DNA of 64,000 bases from Heptranchias perlo (lineage: Eukaryota), in assembly GCF_035084215.1 (NCBI RefSeq), contig NC_090333.1, positions 28,272,001 to 28,336,000 on the forward strand, in the 5' to 3' direction. Below are positions 25,311 through 37,675 of this stretch, one piece after another. The notes below the pieces were generated by a model. The model made no database searches. It was not told where the DNA came from and saw only the letters and a list, made by a program, of their open reading frames with translations. Positions within the stretch are counted from its first letter, which is position 1; each line of letters opens with the position of its first letter. A program made the translations under genes and the position numbers.

Positions 25311-28300
25311 TCTGTAGTATTTTGCTTTTGATTCGCTATTATGTTGTATTGTTTTGCACGACAGGCATTGACCAAGGGTTTATATTAGGCTGCAGGTATT
25401 ACGTTAGTTCCTCAACATAACTGCAGATTTTGCTTATGCTGAGGAATGTGGGCAAGTAGTACCAAAACCCAGGCTTGAAAGCCACACTCATGCAGATGAT
25501 AACTGTCATTTAGGAAAAAATGAGAATGAAACCACTTCAAATCACAGACAGCTCATATCCATTGTTCAATCCACCAGATAATAGAAAATAGTTGCCCAGT
25601 ACTTGACTGACTTTCACATCACTACCCATATGGGATGGAGAACCTCTTGTAGCATTTCAAACAGGCTGTTGGAAAGCATGGTTATATTTAAGTGCTATCT
25701 TTTTTGTTTAATATTTTTGTTCATTAATGGGAAAAAGGTCAATACTTCAGAATGGGAATTGGTTCAACTTTTTGTCCTTGGTGTCAGTATAAAGCACACC
25801 CAGGTTAGATATCATACCACCAGTTAGAAGCAGAGTAAAATCTGCTCCAACAATCTACCTTATCATGGCCTTTAGATGAGTACACCTTGTACTATCCACA
25901 TTTCAGTTACCATACAGCTTAAGGAAGACTACTAATTTAGTGGCAGCTTAAAGGGGTATTGTCTTTATGGAAAAGTTTATAGTAAACCTTTTTCCTGTCA
26001 CAATTTATAAATGTTAAATTGCTGGAGCCATTGTTACCCGAGTGATCAACTGGTGATGACCGTATCAAGATTATCTGTCGGTGATATGGACCTCTCAACA
26101 GAAATGAAATGGAAGTGTGATGGAATAAAATAATTCACACACATGCTCAATTTTAAACACATTCCTCATTAGACATCGAATTGAATTTAGTAGTGTACCT
26201 TTAACTCCATTCTGGAAGTTCTTTTCTCCCATCCTTTTTATTATTGGTTTAGTTTCTCACTTATTCCAAAACATGAAATGGCCAATAGTCTACTAATGGG
26301 AAACATACTGCACAATCCAGTGTGCAAAACATAACCACACTCAATGTGGGGTGTTTGTGATTATAGAAGATTAATCTGTATACCAGTGCATCTTGTACAA
26401 GGAAAGCTCTGGTATAACTTAATGTTGTCTTTCCTCCTCACTTATTAAGTTTGGGATAGCTGCTCCTGGATGGCATTACATGGAGGATAGGGATGCAAAT
26501 ATGTAACCGTGTAATGCAGGGTTCAGTGTCTACCTTTACTAGGTTGCAGAGAGGCAAGCAGTTGTTGAAACTCCACAACTCCAACTGGTGGAGCCACTGT
26601 TCAGTTGGCTATGCGGTGTGTCCATGCGGTGGTGGGTGCATACACTTTTTATGGTGAATTTTCTCGCTCACCATGATGCAAAGGTGTGTAAATGGAGTTG
26701 AGGTACAGATCAGCCATGATCAAATTGAATGTAAGAACAGGCTTTAGGGGCTGATTGGCTTACTCCTGTTCCTGTATTCCCTGGAGAAATCCCTCGTACT
26801 CGCTGGCCACCTAGTGATGGTGATACCTGTCCTTACCAATTGTCTAATAACCACCTAGTTAGAGGAGCGGGTCCAGCCAGTTAAAGTTAAGCAGCACCCG
26901 TACACATACTTGGGAGTGTCTAAGTCATGATTGTAGCCAGCCCACACTTACAATCTCTGGACAGAGCAAAGTGAGATTTGTCCCTAGATAGTGGGAATTT
27001 GACATATCAAACAGAGACTCTACTTATGTGGCTTTCTCAATAGGTTGTTTTAGAGACTCACAAGCACAGTGATGGGTTTCAATTAGTATCAGTGACAAAA
27101 AATATTAAGGTTGTCTTTTTACATAAGGTGAACATCTTGACACTTCACAAGCCCTGGCTCAGAGGCAACATGCTGCAGCATAGTTCAGAAACATAAATAA
27201 ATAGAAATACATGGGAAAAATCTTTAATAAAATGGCAACAATAAAACATGGGAGTGGGTGGTGCAATATCTTTGCACAGGTATAGTTTATACACCAGACT
27301 CTTGACATCACAAAATCTATCCTTTTCTTATTAGTGAAGCTTGTATTCTGTTCCCAAATTTTAACACTGTGTTAAATATATAACATAGTCATATCTATGC
27401 TAAAGGTTTTCAAGGTAGAACACCTACCAGTCTCTAAGGCTATTTACTTGAAATCACTAGATACTAAATATACAATATTTCATGATATCTGAATCAAGAA
27501 TTTTTTAATTATCATTCAACTTTTAAAATTCTTTGCAAATTCTCCATAACAAGTGTTTATGCAAATACTTTGAGGTTAAAATTTTCTCCATGGCAACACA
27601 GGCAAAGTCTGCTAAATTATGCAGAAGAATTTATTCTTGATATCAATGAAATCCAAACCAGTGCCCTCTTTCCCCAGGATACTTTAGCAGCTGTTGGCAT
27701 TGTGCCCAGCTGACCCACATTTCCTTTCTGTTGAAGTAGACATTGATGTATTGGTGGAGTTTGTTGGTATATTAGAAAATTGTTCACCCTGTTCCCTGGA
27801 AATTATCTGTGTGGCCAAGTTGAGGATCTGAATCCAGCAACACTTGCAAAATTCCAGTGCTTATCGATTGCATACTTTTGGCACTCATGTCCTGCAGGTA
27901 TTTCATTTGTCATCACACATACAACAAGAAGTAGAAGTATATCAGTATGATACACAAGGCACCTGTGTGGTTAGCTGAGAGGGTGCATTGTTGAACTCTT
28001 CCAGGAAAACTGTTGAGCAGTTTGAAACAAAGTGTTGTTTTGAGATGATTAAATAAGAAAAGTAATGTGCCAGCAGCGGTCTGATAGAAGCTTCACAAAA
28101 CTGGAAACATTATGTTTCCAATAATTCCAGACTTAATGAAGCTGTCAAAAAAAATCTGTTAAAAAGAGGCCAAGCACATTATCCATTCCAACGGTTGGAA
28201 AACGGAACATTAAGTCGCCTTAGGCCAGTCTCTACTTCCTAACGATTGATTACAGCATGCCTTTAGCAAAACTGTGTAAGTGGATTGCTTGTTTGCCTCC

Positions 28301-28888
28301 TTGATCTGGATATGAACTAGTCTACAGGTATAGTCTCCTAGGATTAGAGAATCTGTTTGGTTATCATGACTAACTATAAGTTGATCTCTATTCAAGGATA
28401 AAATGCAAATCAATTTCAATTGAGTTCAGTGCAAATATTTATGCATTGAGTAAGTCACCCCTCCCGGTACCATATACTATTCTCCATCCAAGGGAGCATA
28501 TAGGCAATCTGCTTTCAGGCCTTTCTCATTGTCACTCTTGAGCTTGGAGGTATATGAGAATATCCCAGGATAACTTTTCCTCCAACTTTCCCACTCTTTT
28601 CCTCAGGATGTGCATAGCTGGGGCTGAGATCTGACAATGGCTGTGTGAGGAATCTATCAACCTTGAGCACCAATTTGCTGTGCTATTATGCTGCTCCCTA
28701 CATAACAAAGCATCAATCACAAGGCAATATTGTGGGTCACTTCAGCATTGAAATAATTACAATATTATTATCTTTAAAAAATGAATATAGCCTCATTTAT
28801 CAGCATCGCATTTAGGGTTAAGGCTTCAGGCAACTCAATAGATCACTATCCAAATGTTCTAACATGGTTGTCTGTTCAGATAAGTTAT

Positions 28889-29590
28889 TTATTCAAAATA
28901 CACCCCATACACAGTTGCAACAGCAAAAAGTGAAGAGTTTTTGAAAGTGGCTGTTGCATAATTGTCAGTTGATGCATCCCACAGACAACGGCTGACGATT
29001 TGCATTCCCTGGTCATTAAGCTGGCCCAGCACCACATTGCACACCAGCTTGTATCTAGGGGCGTTGATATCCTTGACTTTCGACCTGATGTGGTCTGTCA
29101 AACTCTGCACTAGCTGTACACATGTTACAGGATTATATTTGTTGTCAGCCAAGTAGCTTGAAAGAGTGCTCTCCAAGACCTTCTGGACTTTGTAGGCATC
29201 AAACTTGCAACCTTCATCTGGCTGGGCTTTGTAAGTGTTTTCGCATCTCACTTCTCTAATAGGTTGGTACAGAGGCAATCCAGAGAAACTGACCTGACCA
29301 GAGGTCATCCAGCTCATGGAATGCCTTTTGCCTAATATCATAGAGCCTTTGCGAGAAAAAGGCACATTGACATTACTTATAACGGAGCTCCTTCTGGATG
29401 GGATATGGGGTCTTCCCTCCATGTTCTTCAGATGCAGATGATGTTTGCTGGCATGAACGTCCATGGACTGGGAACTTCTCCGAGTGGAAATGGAGCCTGC
29501 ACGAGGATGTGGTCCCAAACTATGCCCAGACAGAGCCTGATTGAACTGAGCTAAAGCCTCCTGAGATAAAGGCATCTGTTTGGTTGTCAT
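28889..29590 (-). CDS. DYNLT4: Dynein light chain Tctex-type 4 (TCTEX1D4), 233 aa, single coding exon
   Basis: Start in Kozak-like ttcaccATG, 18 nt after an acceptor (...cctttaaacag|, exon start 29608). C-terminal Tctex-1 domain (ENTYK...PRYKLVCNVVLGQ...SRCLWDASTDNYATATFKNSSLFAVATVYGVYFE). RRSS-rich N-terminus. Convergent with PLK3, as in mammals. Confidence 0.93.
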   Translation of the reverse strand: MTTKQMPLSQEALAQFNQALSGHSLGPHPRAGSISTRRSSQSMDVHASKHHLHLKNMEGRPHIPSRRSSVISNVNVPFSRKGSMILGKRHSMSWMTSGQVSFSGLPLYQPIREVRCENTYKAQPDEGCKFDAYKVQKVLESTLSSYLADNKYNPVTCVQLVQSLTDHIRSKVKDINAPRYKLVCNVVLGQLNDQGMQIVSRCLWDASTDNYATATFKNSSLFAVATVYGVYFE

Positions 29591-29947
29591 GGTGAACTGT
29601 ATATTGATCTGTTTAAAGGATAAAAGATAAATCAATTTTAATTCAGTTCAATGGCTATATCCACTATATACCTCCTCACCTTTAATGCATTTTTAATATC
29701 TCCTGCAACATATATTATTCCATGTCTGAAAGGAATTTGTTCCTAGATCTCTGCCAACACCATCCTTGAACCATCTGTTAATTTTTGATAATAGTAGCAC
29801 AGGGTGAATCATTCTCTGATCTCTCCTTTGTTCTCAGTCTTAACTCTGCACTTTCATGTGATGGAAGGTGTTAATGCAGACAATATTTTCAGGCCACACA
29901 CTCCTATTTTTCTCTTATTTGCTTCTAGATTTTAAGCATAGGTTCTA

Positions 29948-30255
29948 AGAACATAAGAAATAGGAGCAGGAGTAGGCCATACGGCCCTTCGAGCCTGCTC
30001 TGCCATTCAATAAGATCATGGCTGACCTTCGACCTCAACTCCACTTTCCCGCCCAATCCCCATAACCCTTGATTCCCATGGAGTCCAAAAATCTATCGAT
30101 CTCAGCCTTGAATATATTCAACAACTGAGACACAGCCCTCTGGGATAGAGAATTCCAAAGATTCACAATCCTCTGAGTGAAGAAATTCCTCCTCATATCA
30201 GTCCTAAATGGCCGACCGCTTATCCTGAGACTATGCCCCCTAGTTCTAGACTCTA
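29948..30255 (-). mobile_element. CR1 LINE 3' end upstream of the DYNLT4 coding exon
   Basis: Same 3' UTR and tail as 41564-41880. Confidence 0.85.
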
Positions 30256-30774
30256 ACTTGCAACTAAATCACTTGAACAGAGGTCAGAATACAGGAATAA
30301 TCTCCTCCCTCCCCCCAAGCAAAATAGGATAGAAAAGCAAACCAGAAACACAAAACATACAGATTTCTATTAGGGGATGAATTTCTAGGCAGAAGCTAAT
30401 GGCTCATATAGGTAAATGCAGTACCTGGTGTGGGTTGAACCGTATAGGCTGGGTAAGTCCCAGTATTGATCTATGGTGTTGCTAGATTAGTCAATCTGAA
30501 CCAGAGCAATAGTACGGATGATACAATGGACATCTGTGCCCATGGGTTAAGGAGGGGGTGAGAAATCAGTCAGGGTTCCTGGTCCTGATAGCTGTTATGT
30601 GACAAGTGTGCATACACAGAAGTAGGGTGAGGACGGAATGAGCTTAGCCATGATGACCACATGGATGAGTATTCCACTTACTACTCAGGCTCAGGAGTAA
30701 AAATGGTTCCTTGGAAAAAATTCTGAGGGACAGTATTAATCTTCATTTAGAAAGGCACGGATTAATCCATGAAC

Positions 30775-31235
30775 AGAAGCTCGACACCATCCAGGACAAA
30801 GCAGCCCGCTTGATTGGCACCCCATCCACCGCCTTAAACATTCACTCCCTCCACCACCAGCGCATGGTGGCTGCAATGTGAACCATCTATAAGATGCACT
30901 GCAGCAATTTGCCAAGGCTTCTTCGACAGCACCTCCCAAACCCATGAACTCTACCACCTAGAAGGACAGAGGCAGCAGGCGCATGAGAACAACACCACCT
31001 GCACGTTCCCCTCCAAGTCACACACCATCCTGACTTGGAAATATATCGCCATTCCTTCATCGTCACTAGGTCAAAATCCTGGAAGTTCCTACCTAACAGC
31101 ACTGTGGGAGTACCTTCACCACGTGGACTGCAGCGGTTCAAGAAGGCGGCTCATCACCACCTTCTCAATTAGGAATGCGCAATAAATGCTAACCTTGCCA
31201 GCGATGCCCATGTCCCATGAATAAATATTTTAAAA
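30775..31235 (+). mobile_element. 3' end of the same LINE family as 50408-51562 (short pieces also at ~15705-15845 and ~63770-63848)
   Basis: Reverse-complement match to 50410-50860. Confidence 0.82.
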
Positions 31236-31960
31236 ATCAAGGACAGTCAGCATGGATTTGCTAAGGGAAGGTCGTGTCTAACTAACTTGATTGAATTTTT
31301 TGAGAAGGTAACAAGGAGGGTTGATGAGGTTAATGTGTTTGATGTAGTCAACATGGATTTTAGCAAGGCTTTTGACAAGGTCCCACATGGCAGACTGGTT
31401 AGAAAAGTAAAAGCCCATGGGATCCAAGGGAAAGTGGCAAGTTGGATCCAAAATTGGCTCAGTGGCAGGAAGCAAAAGGTAATGGTCGACGGGTGTTTTT
31501 GTGACTGGAATGCTGTTTCCAGTGGGGTTCCGCAGGGCTCAGTACTAGGTCCATTGCTTTTTGTGGTATATACCAATGATTTAAACTTAAATGTAGGGGG
31601 CATGATTAAGACGTTTGCAGATGATACAAAAATTGGCTGGGTGGTTGATAGTGAGGAAGAAAGCTGTAGATTGCAGGAAGATATCAATGGGCTGGAAGGT
31701 GGGCAGAAAAGTGGCAAATGGAATTCAATCCAGAGAAGTGTGAGGTAATGCATTTGGGGAGGGCAAACAAAGCAAGGGAGTACACAATAAATGGTAGGAT
31801 ACTGAGAGGTGTAGAGGAAGAGAGGGACCTTGGAGTGCATGTGCACAGATACCTGAAGGTAGCAGGACAGGTAGATAAGGTGGTTAAGAAGGCATAGAGG
31901 ATACTTTCCTTTATTAGCCGAGATATAGAATATAAGAGCAGGGAGGTTATGCTAGAACTG
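31235..31960 (+). mobile_element. CR1 LINE RT fragment
   Basis: DFSKAFDKVPHGRL, GVPQGSVLGPLLF, FADDTKIG. Confidence 0.88.
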
Positions 31961-32246
31961 TGATATCTGATGTTCCTGAACCTACAACTTAGACAAACTT
32001 TCCTTCTGGACTCACCTGCACAACCTCTTTATTCATAGAATGGCTATTCTTCTCCCACAAAAGAATGATCTACAAGTAATATTTGTAATAATTCCCCTAG
32101 ACTGAATTGTAATTTGAAGAGCTGCACACTCTTACCTTTGTTCCACGCTGCTCCCATATTCCAATTGTAAACTAAGTAAATATTACATGGGATGGACTTA
32201 CTATGCACGGTGCCTAATGAAAGAACCTTAATGAATTATCATTAGT

Positions 32247-32712
32247 ATCAGCCTTGGCTCAGTGGTAGTACTCTCGTCTTTGACTCAGAAGGTCATTGGT
32301 TCCAAGCCCCTTTCTATGATTTAAGTACATAATCTAGGCTGATGCTTCAGTGCAGTACCTTAGTACTGAGGGAGTACTGCATTGTTGGATGTACTGCCTT
32401 TTGGACAAGACATTAAACCAGGGAAGGCCCTGTATACTCCTTAAGATGGATGTAATAGATCCCATGACACTATTTGAAGAAGATCAGGGGAGTTCTCCTG
32501 GTCAGCATTTATCACTCAATCACCACCAGCAAAATCAGATGAGCTGGTCATTATTTCATTCCTTTGTGTGGGACTTTGCTGTAGGCAAATTGGCTCCTGT
32601 GTTTGCTTACAAAACAACAGAGACTACACTTCAAAGGTAATTCATTGGCTGTAAAGCACTTTGGGATATTCTGAGGATGTGAAAGGTGTTATATGAATGC
32701 ACGTTCTTTCTT
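32247..32712 (+). mobile_element. tRNA-derived Deu-domain SINE (SacSINE1/AmnSINE1-like)
   Basis: Head GCCTTGGCTCAGTGGTAG...GGTTCCAAGCCCC; body GATCCCATGACACTATTTGAAGAAG...CAAATTGGCT...GACTACACTTCAAAG; L2-like tail. Confidence 0.78.
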
Positions 32713-33435
32713 CTTACTTTCTATCTAACAGCTGTTGGAATGAAGCAAGACATGCTTAAAAATGGTTGAGATAGAAAACCGTAAGTGCAGTGTCAGAGAT
32801 ATTAAAATTCCTGACCCCTGCTCTGCAGCTGGGCACCAACAAGCCCTTAAATGGCGGAGGAGAGCAAACTGCTGTCAGATGTTCTGTTGCTGCTGCTTTT
32901 TCCACTCGCTTCAAACTGTGACAGTGTGTGAGACATGCTGATGAGGCACGGGAAGCATGCTCGTTATTCTATATGCGTCCAGTGTTGTGTGCGCATATCT
33001 TACCCACTGTGCAGTGACTAAAAAGTGTGGATCAATGCTGATTCATGTTATCTCTCAGATCCTGTTTCCATCACATTGCTTTTCATTTCTCTTTTATTTA
33101 TTATTCCATAGCTGACTCACACAAAAAGCTTCTCTACCAATTGTCCTGAACGATGTGCTTCTGTGTTGTGGAGAAATCCAGTCTAAAAGATTGTACTTTG
33201 TCAAAAGTGGGAGAACGTGGGTAGTTGGATGAGGGAAAAATGATAATTTCACAGGCAGGGAACTTTTGCACACAAACAAAAAAATATATAGCTTGCACTT
33301 TTTTTTGATATAAAGTTCTCAAGAAAGATTAGCTTAAAAGAATAAACTATGATAAGTGATGGACAGTAGTAAATAAATTAAGTGGTGCAGAATGGATTGT
33401 GTACAAAACAAGTAACGGGGGCACAAGTGAGTTAT

Positions 33436-35400
33436 GGGCCTAGAAATTCGACTGCGCAGCACCCTCCTAAGCCCCCAATATGGCGGGCAGGAAGCACACG
33501 CTCACATCTGGCCGGAAGTGTGCTGCCTGCCATATTGGTAGAGGAGGCCGCGCTGGCGGTAGGAGTGCCGCCGGCAACATTCTAAGCTCTGCATAATGTA
33601 TTCAAATTAGGCCCTGTGCTACTTGTGCACAGCTGCAGAGCACGCCTTCAACCAGAGCCATGCTGCCACAAGGAACATTACTGAGCAAACAATCAGCGTG
33701 CTCAAGCAACACTTCCGCTGCCTGGACCGTTCTGGAGGAGCTTTGCAGTACATCCCTGAGCGGGTTTCCAGATTTGTTGTCGCCTGCGGCGTGCTACACA
33801 ACTTTGCCATCATGAGGGACCAGCCCTTACCACCACCTGGGCAGCAATAAGTATAGGAGGAGGAGTAGGAAGAGGCAGACGAGAAAGAGGAGGAGGTAGA
33901 GAAGGAAGAGAGGAAGCCAGAGCCACTACCTGCCTGAGATCTCCGAGACAAGCTCATCAGGGAGTACTTCAACAAAATCAGCCCTGCCATTCCCCATTCA
34001 CCAACAGTCCCATATCCTTTCCACTCTTCTCAAAACCACCATCTGATTGCCTTCCTTCTCTCCAAACTTATGGGACTTGCCCTCACTTCAATACAAAGAC
34101 GAGTACTAACACCAAATCCAGATCAAAAAACAAATTTATCAAACAAATCATGTCAGCATTCACAAAAGAATGACTAGTCATCCTTGTGCCAGCCCTTAGC
34201 GTCTTGTGTGCTTGTTTTCCTATCCTGGAGCTCCGATGAGGTACTTCCCCAATGGCTACAGCTCGGGAGGTTGAAGGCTGCTGAGCTTCTATTGAAAACA
34301 CTTCAGATGGCCTTAGAGGATGACCTCAAGCAGCTGTGGGCCTAGTGGACCTGGCTGTAGACTGCAGCATCTCAGTGTGCCAGATTTGTCATGAGATGCT
34401 CCATCATGGTGGGTTCCACTGCAGTGCTGATGGATCTGATCACTGTTGGACAGAATGGTCTCCATGCTCTGCACAAAGCCATAAGACAATTTGGAGCTGC
34501 ATGCTCCTCCATGCTCTGCGACATTGTGTGTAAGCTCTCTGGCAGGCTGTCCTGTGCACTTAACATTTCCCTGTGTATGTTCAAGAGCCTTCTTCAGTAG
34601 CTTGGGTCTTCAGAGTCAGCAACTGAGTCCTCTGCAGCAGAACTAGAGTGTGTTCTCGCCCTCAGGCGAGCTGGCACCTGTGGCATCCTAACCCCCTGCC
34701 CTAGCTCCTGTGTACTTGTGCCCGATGAGTCACCACGTGCAGATCCCTACTTGGACCTAGCCTCTGATGTCAGTATCTGAGCTGGTGCTTGTGAGAGTCA
34801 GATCAAGTGACAGTGCATCTTCAGTAATACTGTGCTCCTCCATCGGCTGAGGGGCATCGACTTTCTCAGCAGCTGAAATTAAAGAAAGGGACAAGGGTTA
34901 GCTCGTGGTGTGAGGAAGAGCAGAGAGAGAGAGAGAAGTGGTTGGTGAAAGCATCTGCAGCTTGTCATGCAGAGTGTGTGGGGTGAGGTAGAAGTCCGAA
35001 GAGACAAAGGGGATCAGGTATAAATAAAACCTGCTCAATGTCTCCTCCGGCATCACTAGTGGCCACGGACTCCGCTCTGTCCCTTCCCGTGATGGCCAGG
35101 CCACTGACTTCGATGGGGGGGAGGGTGTGCAGTTGGGCTCTTCCTCCTCCAGTGGCAGCCTGTTGCCTTGTATAGTGTGCGACCTTCTCCTGCAAGAAAG
35201 AGCGACATGTGTTAATGAGAGTCTTGTGAGGTGTTTGAAGAATGTGGCTGTCATGGTGAAAAGCTAACAGTCTGTATGTGAGTTGTGGGTGAGTGAGGGT
35301 TGTAATAGTGGTGAGTGTGTGAGCATGAGAAGGAGATTTAATGAGGTGTGATGTAGTGATTGCAGGATAGTGCAGGGTAGTGGGGGAGGGTAGTGTTGTC
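33436..35400. mobile_element. PIF/Harbinger DNA transposon remnant (transposase C-terminus on +, Myb/SANT-partner gene exons on -)
   Basis: 33623-33850 FNQSHAATRNITEQTISVLKQHFRCLDRSGGALQYIPERVSRFVVACGVLHNFAI is a HARBI1/DDE_Tnp_4-type C-terminus; minus-strand EKVAH...ATGGG exon at 35031-35189; 5' end GGGCCTAGAAATTC. Confidence 0.8.
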
Positions 35401-36749
35401 AGTGCTGTTAATGTTGTAATTACTGAGGCTGTGAGTCGTGCAGAAAGTATTTTAGCAGTCCTTTGCTCCTTTTAAAGTTCCTTATCTCAGCCTTGCTGTC
35501 AGAGGAAGCAATTATCTGGCGGCCAGGCATTTTGTCACAGGAAGAAAAAGTTAAAAAAAAGTTTCTAGCACATAGGTCATTAGTTTTCTTCAGTCTGTTA
35601 GTAATCATCCGCTTGACTGGTTTCCTTCTGATGAGTTTCAGGCAAGGTCAGAGAAGGAATAAGAGCCAATTTCCCTGTATGCAATGACATTTTGCGGGTG
35701 GTAGCTCTGTTAAAAGAACCTGTTTTTTAAATCTACATCATACAAATACGAGAAAAGACCTGTAACTGTGGCCAAGAAAACTTCATTTTTATCATAATCC
35801 CTCCCAAGGTGGGTTTTGGTGCATCTGATAGCAATGGCTGTAGGCTGGTTACAGGGCCTTCTCCAATTATATTCTTGTTATTGGTGGCAATCCTGTAAAA
35901 TAAATGGGGCCATTATATCCCCCAATCTGTATTTAAATAAGTCCTGGAAGTTACAATAAGGTAGACTTTCCTCTGCCCTACACTCAAAGAATTGAAGTTC
36001 TCCAGGCAAAGAGCAGCAGAAAAAGAGAAGAGACTTATTATAGCTTATTATGCTTTAAAAGGTCATCTGTGGAGAGAACAGATAAGTTAAAGGGATTGTG
36101 ACAAAAATGAAGTGTTCTTGGCCACAGTTATAAGTCTTTTCTTGGTATTCTATGATGTAGATTAAAAAAAACAGGATATTTTAACAGGCTAAGGACAGTC
36201 ACCTGAAATGTTAACTTACCTGTTACTCTGCAGATTTTGATTGACCTGCTGTGTGTTTCAAGTATTTTCTGTTTTTGTTTGAGAAAACCATTTCTAAACT
36301 GGTTATAAGACATCTAAATTAATGTTAATAGAGATAGTCATTAATGAATCAGATAGTCATCAATAAGAAACAGGAAATACACAGTAGGCCTGTCAGCACC
36401 TTAAGAGAAAAAAGTATAGGTTAACATTTTATGTGTAGACTCTTCATCAGAACTGACAAAGTTTAGATGTTGACGGGCCAGCCAAATATTTCCTTCATCT
36501 TCTCTTTTTACTTCAGATTTTCAGTAATTAGTTTTTTTTTTATCTCTACAGTCATTAACTCATGGAATGCTTCCACATTCCTGTAATTTTAAATGTGTAT
36601 ATGAAAAGGAGCTATTATCACCTCCATAGCGAGCTATAGGCCAGGCTTCAATCCTGGGTCAATAAGGAAGAGTCTGCTCAGAAAACTCCACTGCTGGGTC
36701 ACCACATTCGCATGCCAGCTGCACAACTTTGTGTTACAGCAGACACCAG

Positions 36750-36918
36750 AGAGTATGTCTTCAATTCGTTACCTAGGCGTAAAACTAGCATTGCGGATTG
36801 GCCGTCCGTTATAGAAACTGTCCAATTTTTATTAAATTAAAATCTTGTGGTTTCTATAATGGGCAGCTGATTCACAGTGGCAATTTTACACCTGGGCGGC
36901 ACTTTGAAAATCTACTCC
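36750..36918. mobile_element. Short fold-back MITE
   Basis: ~70-bp degenerate inverted arms (e.g. CCGTTATAGAAAC / GTTTCTATAATGG; GGCGTAAAAC / ATTTTACACC). Confidence 0.6.
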
Positions 36919-37675
36919 ACTGTGCAGTGCAAACATTAAAACATTTTCCCCCCTTTGTTCTTGTTAAAGAGAAACAAAGCTGTAGGGAGGACAACACTTT
37001 CAATCAAAATTGGCCCATAAAGATTTCCTAAAATTATTGTTTTTGTCACAATATTTGAATAAAAGTTTGTAATTTTCATAGTTACTGAACAGCTTGCTAG
37101 AGTCCTGCCCTGTCCTGGCCACTATTGAATCTTGCAATAGCTTTGGCTCTCCAGGATCAACAGTAATAGACACTGATCTACACTCAGCACAATGAGAGCT
37201 GACCAAACTGACGAACTTGTTATTTCCATTTTGTCAGGTCTCCAGCATGTTGCTCCACGGTTATAAGATTGGATAGATTTACTTCAGAAGGTAGAGATAG
37301 TCCAATTTGTCCTCACCCATACATTCACACTTCTAGCAGGGGCCACTGGATAAGATCAGACCGGGCAACACTGACCAATATTCTTCCCCATATCTAGGAA
37401 TGCTGAGGCCAACTGTAGATGTCCTACTGCTGCCTTGGTTAAGATCAATTAGCTCAGCACAGACCAGGGATTGAGCCTGAGATCGGATGTTCCCTCGACA
37501 GCTCCTTTATTCGGCTGAAGTAACAAGGGTTGCCAAGAATATCACAATCTTGTGCACACCAAAGGAAGGTAACATGTTGCAACAGGTAAAGAAAATGCCA
37601 TGGTAATGTTTCAACCTGTTTTATTCATACAGCAACCTAATATAATGATTCAAATTGCACTGAAGAAAACATCTT

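Noticed and set aside
26040-26100. Box C-like GTGATGA suggesting a C/D snoRNA
   Set aside because: No suitably placed CTGA box D or terminal stem, and the position is intergenic.
29591-29635. N-terminal extension of DYNLT4 in the ORF track
   Set aside because: It starts at a non-ATG codon inside a polypyrimidine tract/acceptor; the first ATG in good context is at 29590.
32247-32320. tRNA gene
   Set aside because: A/B-box-like sequence is the head of a SINE; no complete cloverleaf.
33623-33850. Domesticated HARBI1 gene
   Set aside because: Only the C-terminal fragment is present, with a stop codon and transposon context; it is a decayed element.
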